Program-made: the position numbers and the translations under genes
The notes under the pieces: model-generated
The model's input: only the letters and a program-made list of their open reading frames with translations
Told to the model about the DNA's origin: nothing
The model's database searches: none
Assembly: GCA_964016885.1 (NCBI GenBank)
Contig: OZ024741.1
Span: 19,220,001-19,284,000 of the forward strand
Origin: Eledone cirrhosa
Taxonomy: Eukaryota
Length of the DNA stretch: 64,000 bases
Direction: 5' to 3'
Shown: positions 55,651 through 64,000 of the stretch, piece after piece
Numbering within the stretch: position 1 is the first letter of the stretch
Layout of the letters: the number at the start of each line of letters is the position of its first letter

Positions 55651-56546
55651 GCGAAATTGGTACCAAACAATAACAATAATTTATAACATGTGAGATGTAA
55701 GTTATAGATATTTAAATTGACCTCAGTGTATGACTGGTATTTATAAGTGAGACTTTCTTGTCATTTGACTTGCTAAAAATATCAGCAAAATTTCCAGAAA
55801 CCACACTGACTGTCTTAGAAAACAAAGGAAGGACATATTAGATCATGTTGATACACTATGTTGTGGAAATAGACAGGGTGGCCATGGTTAGATTGTGTTT
55901 GATGACATACATCTACTCAATCAAGTCTGGCCTGTGGCTAAACAATAACATAAAGGAGACGTTAGATAACTTGTCATAAATACGCAATATTTGAAAAGAC
56001 TGAGTGGTCATGCCTAGAGTGTCTTTAATCTTAGGTCTACTCAATGAAGGCTGACCAATCTTTCATTGTATAATCCTTTATAGTGTTACCGAAGCATTTG
56101 TAATGTTATTTATGTATATATTTAAAACATATTTGTTATGTTATTCTACTATAAATTTATTTATATGCTCTGTTTATATTTTCCTTCTGAAGGAATAGCA
56201 AACGATTTGTAATGTTGTTTGTGCAACTATGTACATATTATTAGACAATCTAGTTCTACATATACTATGTCTGAAAAAAAATAAGACAGGGTGGTCATGG
56301 TTAGAGTATCTTTTTTCATAACCTTGTTAGATTAACTGATATTATATAAGCAATTTATAAACAAAAAACTCGCTCTGACGTTATTTAGAACCTCAAAACT
56401 AAAGAACAAAGAAGGGAGATAATTCTAATAAGACCGCTTTAACTACATTTTTTTTAAAGGCAGCTTTGGTTTTTAATGCCAACACATATATTCTGTTATT
56501 TATTTCATGCCTGTCACTACCAGATATATCCACACATGTCCACCAC

Positions 56547-56666
56547 CTCTTGTTCTGTTTCTTTATGGGCTGCTCTATGCTCATGTCTTTCCCAGTTACT
56601 CTCAGATCGCTGCTGCAGCAGGGTATTTTTATTCGAATTCACTAGTTTATTGATATGGATTCGTAT
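56547..56666 (-). CDS. Candidate penultimate exon (M3-M4 intracellular loop) of the Cys-loop channel
   Basis: gtttttctatag|IRIHINKLVNSNKNTLLQQRSESNWERHEHRAAHKETEQE|gtggtg: 120 nt, open, phase 0/0, and joins in frame to the terminal exon. It is hydrophilic as expected for this loop. No homology evidence, and the donor is weak. Confidence 0.55.
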
Positions 56667-57404
56667 CTATAGAAAAACACTATCGGATTTAAACCGAAGC
56701 TGCGAGAAATATGTTTGTAATATACTGACACATTTTAATGCTTAAACAAGACATGTTTACATATATACGTGTGTGTGTTGACATGCACATTTCTCTTAGC
56801 ATCGCTTAAACCCTGTACGAATGTGTAGCTATATATATATATATATAGTGCACTACTGCCACCACTACAGTGGCATATCAAAACAAAAACATTACAACTT
56901 TACACTTGTCTTATGCAATCACTTTGACGTCTTTCAAATACGTATGATAGGATTATATAATGAATATAGGATGTACATTTAAAAGTCTCTCTTCTTTATA
57001 TATTGCTGCATTAATCCATTAATCAACTGAAGTATTTTATAACTATATATATCTTTAAAATTGTGCAGAGTTGTCTTTCCCTTTAGTTACCGTGTTAGTG
57101 CTAGATGTAACATAAGGTCGAGATATGATAGGAATTAGGTAGAGTAATACTTGCGTCAATATATATATATATTATCCTTTTTATATTAAAAGAAATTTAT
57201 TAGTATACGATTAACTAATTTCTAATTCTTCCCAATTGTTGCTTTCTCTTTGTGTATCTACTCTCGCCTCATTTATAACTTTCAATAACGTTCATAACCA
57301 AGGGACTTAACTCTTTAAATTTCAACTCCAACGGAAAGAAATGTAACTAAATGGGGAGACCACTCAGTAAAGTTAATATTTTAAATGTTTACATAGTAGA
57401 ACGG

Positions 57405-57518
57405 AAAGATCTCCAGATGTTCGACATCGCCTTGGACGATGTAGAGGGGCTGCTACGTGACCGCCAGCAATGGAGGGTACTGGTGGACTTGGTCGGCTCT
57501 ACGATTGATGATGATGCC
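57405..57518 (+). mobile_element. RTE-like LINE extreme 3' fragment
   Basis: DLQMFDIALDDVEGLLRDRQQWRVLV (DR..WR motif), followed by a (GAT)n tail. Confidence 0.6.
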
Positions 57519-57893
57519 TCACTGACCTAAGGTGACGCTACTCTCATAGAGCTAGAGGAAGACATGTTGCTGGAGGTATGTGGTCTCCGCCAGGTTTATA
57601 TAGCAAGACACACCGTATATCACTTCGGTGACCCCCTAAAACTACACGAAGAGTAAAAGGCTAAGGGCATGGCTTGGCATAAAACTACGTTCTTAATAGA
57701 AATCAAATAGCGGGTTCGATATCGTTTTGTCATAAGGCAATAAGGTACCAGTTATATACCGGGATTATTATGGTCGGGCAAGAAGTTAAGCCTATTTTTT
57801 ACATTTATATGTAACAGACACAATTGCTTACAGAACATGATAGTTTTACTACTACTACTACTACTACTGTTGCTGCTGTTGCTACCACTGCTG

Positions 57894-57934
<41 letters not shown>

Positions 57935-58997
57935 GCTGCTGAAAGGATAAAAGGTTAAGTCGACTTCAGCGAGATTTGAACTCGGATCGTTAAGGAAAAG
58001 ACGGTGTCCATGGATTTTTATTTATTTATGTATTTATTTTTATTAAACCGAGTTCCAAATACTCCCATTTAACAAGCTTCCATAGAGTTTCTGTCTGTAC
58101 AATTTCAGTTGCCGGTCTTTGGGTCACCCGAAGTCACAGTAGAACAATACATTTGTGTAAGGTGCCGCACAGTGGAACTGACGCCAGAACCACGTGAGAT
58201 ATATGGAGACAGTAACTGGTGTAATAATGTTTAAATTATTGGTTATCAAACGGGACTGTACTTGTAATTTAATGGTCTTTGTTACATATTGTATTAAGCT
58301 GAATCTCCCTGAGCATTACGTCAAGGGTACACGTGTTTGTGGAATATTCAGTCACTTACATTATAAATGTTTCTACTTTAGGCACAAGCCCAGCAATCTT
58401 GGGGGAAGAGAAAGTTGATTAAATCGACCTCAGTGCGTTACTGGTATTTTATTTTATCGATCCAATAAGGGTGAAAGGCAAAGTTAACCTCGGCACGGTT
58501 TGAACTCAGAACACAAAGGGCCGTAACTCTATATTGCAAAGCATGTTGTCCGACGCTCTACCGATACTGCCAAATCACTTACATTATAATTGTTTCTACT
58601 TTTGTCACAAGGCCAGCAATTATCCCAGTGTATTACTGGTACTTTATTTTATCGATCCTGTAAGGATGAAAGGCAAAGTTAACCTCTGCGGGATTTGAAC
58701 TCAGTCCATAAAGGGCCTACATTATAATACAAGCTGTATTGCATCTATAATTTACAGGTCTCGCTTTGTCTCGCTGTTTGTGTAGTGCTGTTTCTGCCAG
58801 AGAATTATGCTAAAGGTACACGTGTCTGTGGAGTATTTAACAACTGACGATGTAGTACAAGATAGACAATGCCTATGATGCATATGTCATCAGGCTTTTT
58901 GTCGAGCTGGTTCTGCCTTAGAATTACGTCAAGGGCACACGTGTCTGTGGAGTACAAGATAGACAGTGTCTGTAATTCAAAGGACAAGCTTTGTCAC

Positions 58998-59067
<70 letters not shown>

Positions 59068-59184
59068 GTTATTCCGGGTTGAATCGGAGGTAACCACAGT
59101 AAGTAAGGTACTCAATACATAGCAGAGTATAACAGTTTTAATGAATGAAACAGTTCTAGTCCTGTAGAATCTCATCTATATTAA

Positions 59185-59228
<44 letters not shown>

Positions 59229-59300
59229 ATAGTGGTAGAACACTGGAAGGTAATATCCGTAGTGTAATATCCGTTGTGTAACCACTTCTATATATATATA

Positions 59301-59560
59301 TAAAATAAAATAAAATAAGTAAGTCAAATATGTAAAATTTGGCTTCGTTTATTATAAATTATAGATTTACTGCTATATATATTTCGGTGACAGACATTAT
59401 TGGCTGTGACCTCTTCAGGCAGTCCGATATTTTACATATTTGACTTACTTGTTTTATTTTACATTACTCCGGAGTAAACAAACCAACCTGCGTACTGCGT
59501 CGAGTGCTCCAATCTGCATATTGAGGTGTCGGTAAACAACCAACATATACTCAAAATTTT
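59301..59560. mobile_element. Fold-back element family D: 32-bp inverted arms enclosing a hammerhead ribozyme
   Basis: AAAATAAAATAAGTAAGTCAAATATGTAAAAT (59307-59338) pairs with ATTTTACATATTTGACTTACTTGTTTTATTTT (59429-59460). Flanked by (TA)n. Confidence 0.75.
59369..59423 (-). ncRNA. Type I minimal hammerhead ribozyme, core intact
   Basis: ACUGC-CUGAAGA-GGUCACAG(ccaauaaugu)CUGUCACC-GAAA-UAUAUA-UA^GCAGU: 5-bp stem I, 7/8-bp stem II, all core nucleotides present, palindromic helix/loop III, AUA cleavage triplet. Confidence 0.82.
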
Positions 59561-59572
59561 TATATATATATA

Positions 59573-59910
59573 TTCTCGTGTAGCACCTATCCACCATCTG
59601 AGTGAGTTTCTGGGTCAGTGTCCAAGTCTCAGACCCGTACAGCAGCACAGACTCCACTACAGCAACAAAGAGACGGATCTTCAGGTCTTTACGAGAATGC
59701 TGAGGATGGCTGTGAACATTAATCAGTGTACACTGAGGATGAAGAACTCAGAGCTGTACGGGAACCTCCCAAAAGTCAGCTCGAGAGTAGCACAGAGGAG
59801 ATTGAGGTTAGCTGGACATGCTCATCGACATCCAGAGTTGACATTGCACTCAGTGCTCCTGTGGGAACCCCTGCATGGACACACTGGAAGAGGAAGACAT
59901 ATGTTGATGC
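59573..59910. mobile_element. RTE-like LINE fragment with inverted 5' segment
   Basis: The - strand (59573-59685) encodes ..VESVLLYGSETWTLTQKLTQMVDRCYTR. The + strand from ~59688 continues FTRMLRMAVNI...RRLRLAGHAHRHPE..LWEP..GRGR. Confidence 0.85.
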
Positions 59911-60516
59911 CCTAAGGAAATGTGGTAAGGAACCAGGTGGACCATTACGCACCAGAATACTCGATACTTTGGGTAGTAGAGTGGGTAATAGGAAAATGTT
60001 CAAGCTGAAGCCGTTTCTTGTCCAGAAATAGCTGTCGAAACGGTTTGAGCTCTGCCGTCGGGGTCTTGAACATTTTCCCATATATATATATATATATATA
60101 TAATGTTGGATCTGTCCGAAAATTATACTTATGGCACATGTGCCTGGAATATTGGGACCCTAGTGGCACTTTCAGTAGATCTAATCCTTGAATCACCGAA
60201 ACCAAAGGAGGACCTACCATTGAACACTACCTGTTTTATACTGTGTTAAGTTATCAAACATATACATTAGTTATATCATCAAACAAGTGACAATAACAAA
60301 CATGGAAAAAGGGTTTCAATAAAACATCAAACATTATGACAAACAATTAAATTTATCAAACATTGTCGTTTGAAATAAAGATACGAAAATAAATAGAATA
60401 AACATCATCAGACAATAATATCAAACATAGACATCAAACAGAAATCAAATTTAATCATAAAAGCATTGTCATCAAACATTATAAGCATAGAATATTATGG
60501 TTGTAAAGAATTACAT

Positions 60517-60630
60517 AATCATCATCATCATCATCATTACCATCACCATCATCATCATCATCACCATCACCATCATCATCATCACCATCATCATCGTCAC
60601 CATCATCATCATCGTTGTCATCATCATCAT
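60517..60630. repeat. (CAT/CAC)n trinucleotide microsatellite
   Basis: Direct observation. Similar tracts lie at 11775-11980, 28890-28960, 57848-57940 and 60968-61060. Confidence 0.9.
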
Positions 60631-61364
60631 CCCCGGCATCAGTATTATAAGTATTTTCAATTAGAAATATGGTAATGGAAAGGTTAAAGTGTTTTATTTA
60701 TCTAGGACTTTTGTTAAGTTACGTTCCAAACACCAGCTTAATAATGATAAAGTTAGTTATTTTATTAAATTTCACCAAAAACTTGATTATTTTCAAAATT
60801 AACTGAACATTAGAAATATAGCGATGAAAAGGTTAAACTGAAGAACGATTAGACTAGATTTCAAAGCATGGAACTGAAACAATCACCGCAAGGCATCTCG
60901 TACGATACGCTATCTATCGTGTCTGGGATAAACAGTTTAAGAGTGACCTACACCTAAATCTCGATCTTCATCATCACCATCACCATCATCATCACCATTA
61001 ATATGACCATCATGGACATCACCACCACTATCATCATCATCATTATGACCACCACCACCCCAAAAATACTTTTGGCAAAGTTAGACGTCAATAAAACTAA
61101 GGGGGACAACTCTTTAGTGACATATGTAGGCAACATGGCCGAATGGTTAATGAGTTCGATTCGCAATCATTGGGTCCCGAGGGTGATTCCATTGCTATAG
61201 TAAGTGACACTTGGACATATGTTATTTACTACAGCCATGGGTCCACCTATGCCCTGTGAGTGGATTTGTGTAGACGGAAACTGCTTGGAAGCCCATCAGA
61301 TGGACTGTACCTGTAATTCAATGGGCCAGTCGTATCACGCTGAATCTCACCACATTATATTATA

Positions 61365-61545
61365 GTTGGCAGTATCGGTAGAGGGTCGGATGCCATGCTT
61401 TGCAGCATAGAGTTACGGTCCTTGACTGTCTGAGTTCAAATCCCGCCGAGGTTAACTTCATCCCTACGGGGTCGATAAAATAAAACACCAGTAATGCACT
61501 GGGGTAATTGCTGGTCTTGTGCCAAAAGTAGAAACAATTATATTA
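61365..61545 (+). mobile_element. SINE family 1 nested in a family-2-like SINE (~61128-61660)
   Basis: Family-2 sequence (CACGCTGAATCTC..) is interrupted by a family-1 copy and resumes at ATACTCAGCCACTT. Confidence 0.7.
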
Positions 61546-63119
61546 TAGATACATGTGCATAAGGAATACTCAGCCACTTACATGTTAGTTTCATGAGCAA
61601 GTAGTTCCATTGATCAAATAACTAGACCACATATCGTCGAAAGCGACGGAGGTCCCATGGTATCGTCTTTTAATAGATTAAAACCATTGATATTAGAAGG
61701 GAAGAACAGACTTGATTTTACTGAGAAATGATCCATATACTGAGGCGGATTAATTTGGAGGTTCAGCTCGGCTGTAGTCCGGGTCCTTACAACACTTAAA
61801 GGTGTTGCCAGATTGATTTGCTACCATATAGTATTTATTATTCACAGTTGTATAAATAACATTAGAAATTGTTCGCAATGCTGTCAGATTGAACATATAA
61901 ACACATATAATAAATACAATTAACTATTGCTAGGAACCTTACAAATATAATACCAAAATATATGATCAGAGGTAGAGAAAGAAACAAAAAAGGAAAAACA
62001 AAACGGCCATCAATTCTCCCCCAAGTGCGACAATTGGTTACACACCACATCACAAGAGTCAACGGAAATGTTTGAGGAAAGCCAACTCGTTCGCAACGTT
62101 ATCACGGGTGATTATGAGGCTAGGGTGCTGAATATGCTAGAGTCCCGAGGGTGGAATGGGGCTTCATGCAAGCTTAATCCGTCCCTGAATATATGTAATA
62201 CTTTAGGAACAAAACCCTAAACATTAGTGGTAGTGTCTAGTGTTTCTGTTGTTCAAACAAACGAACACACTGCTCGTGAAATTAACGTGCGAGTGCCCGA
62301 GCATTCCACAAATACAAGTAACTTGAAGGTAGTTCCCAGGATGATTCAGCCTGACACAATGTGCAATAAGGCTGGCTCTTTGAATTATTGTTACAACTTA
62401 TATTTTTGGCAGTAAAGTGAAATAAAGTGTCTTGTTCAAGGCACCATAGCTAATCGAACTGAACATCATAGCCACTAAGCCACGCGTCTTCATCGTTGTG
62501 GTATACACCTCAGGGGAAGTCATTTTGAAGATATTCAGAAGGTGAAGGAGGATGGGACAAGGATCTTGGACACCTTCATTTTAAATAACTTCTATGGGGC
62601 TCTCACGAACGTTGGAGCACTACAACATTGAGGTCTGAGGTTAGAGTTTTGTACGTCTTTCAAATTAACAAACGTCTCTCTTGAAGAAGTCTCAAAACTA
62701 CCTGAATGCACCTTGTATATATATATATAGGCGTGTGGCTGAGTGGTTAGAGAATTAGATTCATAATCTTGAGGTTGCGAGTTCGATTCCTGGACCGGGC
62801 GATGCACTATGTCCTTGAGCAAGACACTTTATTTCACGTTGCTCCTTCTACCTGGAGTTGCGACCGTTAGATAGTATTAGCAACTGGAAAGACGGACGAA
62901 AACATTGTTTCCTTGGTCCGATTTGACGAAAGTTGATCGATCCTTATATATGTATATATATATATATATATATAGTTGTTATATAGTAAGGTGTATTATT
63001 GGTTGTGTCATATGGTCCAATAAACTTTTGTTAGCAATATTAAGTTCTCCACGCTTTTGTATATCTCCAATTCCATTTATGGGAACAGGTAGATGATGTA
63101 AAACGGAGTATTTGTATCA

Positions 63120-63189
63120 AAATAAAGATCCGAAGGCATGGTATTGTCGTGATTAAAATGATTGGAAATTTATACCATGCCTTCGGATC

Positions 63190-63196
<7 letters not shown>
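63120..63196. repeat. 25-bp-arm hairpin abutting (TA)n
   Basis: AAATAAAGATCCGAAGGCATGGTAT ... ATACCATGCCTTCGGATCTTTATTT. Confidence 0.88.
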
Positions 63197-63226
<30 letters not shown>

Positions 63227-63419
63227 GAATCATTCTGCCTTTACCATAACTGAAGACCGACGAGCTTTTGATTCCAGAGTTGGGCCCGATCGATACAGAT
63301 CGAATCTTCAGCTGATCAATCGCGAAACGCGCGTCACACCTCAATAAACGCAATGAAAATTTAACACCTCGTCCATTTTATATATATATGCACGTACATA
63401 ATACACACACACACACAGT

Positions 63420-63890
63420 CATTCATGTGGATCTGGGTAATACATTGTTACTGAGCTCCAGATCTCTATTGCATTCTGGGTAGGAGTCGATGTCTGTGGA
63501 GGATTGAAATGTCTCTCTGTTAGGCCTCTTGATTCCAGAGGTCTTTAGGGTTTGTCTTGCTGCCTCAATGATGGTCACTTCAAAGCCACACCGAACTAAA
63601 CTTAATTATTAAATGGACTCTAGCTCAAGTAAATATCCCCTCAATTCTGGAGCTGACTGTTTTGTCCAGATTTGATTGGAAGAGACCAGACGGCCTTACC
63701 CTTTGTCCCTAGGTATGAGGGAAATGTCTCATCTAGAACAGCACAGTCAGTAACACTTTTCTTCCTTCCCACACCCTGGATGCTGCAGTAAAATAGATGA
63801 ATGGAATGAAATTCTAAAATACTGGGAATTACTGGCAAACTATTTTTTCCAGCCCGTGGAATAGAGACATTTGGTGGAGCTGGGCGACTG
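63420..63890 (+). mobile_element. Second decayed CRE-clade fragment
   Basis: Matches the reverse complement of 15055-15510 (e.g. CAAGTAAATATCCCCTCAATTCTGGAGC, GATTGGAAGAGACCAGAC, GGAATAGAGACATTTGGTGGAGCTGG). Confidence 0.78.
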
Positions 63891-64000
63891 TCAACGGCTC
63901 AATTTACCGAGGTATTCTATGATGCCCGTGAGGATACTTAATTGTTCCAGAGTCTTAGCCACGGTAATGTTGCCAGCATGTTGGCTTGCCTCAAAAGATA

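Noticed and set aside
60466-60675. Poly-His protein
   Set aside because: It is a (CAT/CAC)n microsatellite without other coding evidence.
61862-62062. ORF with RIDGRFVFPFLFL, resembling a second M4 exon
   Set aside because: The D..R spacing is wrong, FN..YW is missing, and there is no convincing acceptor. Likely a chance product of T-rich sequence.

Overview
AT-rich, repeat-dense eukaryotic DNA. The SINE/LINE repertoire and heavy (TA)n/(CA)n content suggest a cephalopod such as Octopus; this is inference only. The only credible host gene is the 3' end of a minus-strand anion-type Cys-loop ligand-gated ion channel. It has a terminal exon encoding M4 (29157-29315) and a phase-compatible 120-nt candidate upstream exon (56547-56666). 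The ~27-kb intron between them is almost entirely a 25.6-kb, 30-bp satellite with kb-scale higher-order duplications and almost no AG dinucleotide on the transcribed strand. All long ORFs in the track are repeat artefacts. The rest is SINEs (three families), RTE, CR1/L2 and CRE non-LTR fragments, TTAA-flanked MITEs and minisatellites. The most striking unexplained signal is a set of several unrelated short elements that sit in (TA)n tracts, are built as fold-back inverted duplications, and carry whole or partial hammerhead-ribozyme cores. One of these is an apparently intact type I hammerhead at 59369-59423 (-). They look like non-autonomous remnants of Penelope-like pseudo-LTRs.
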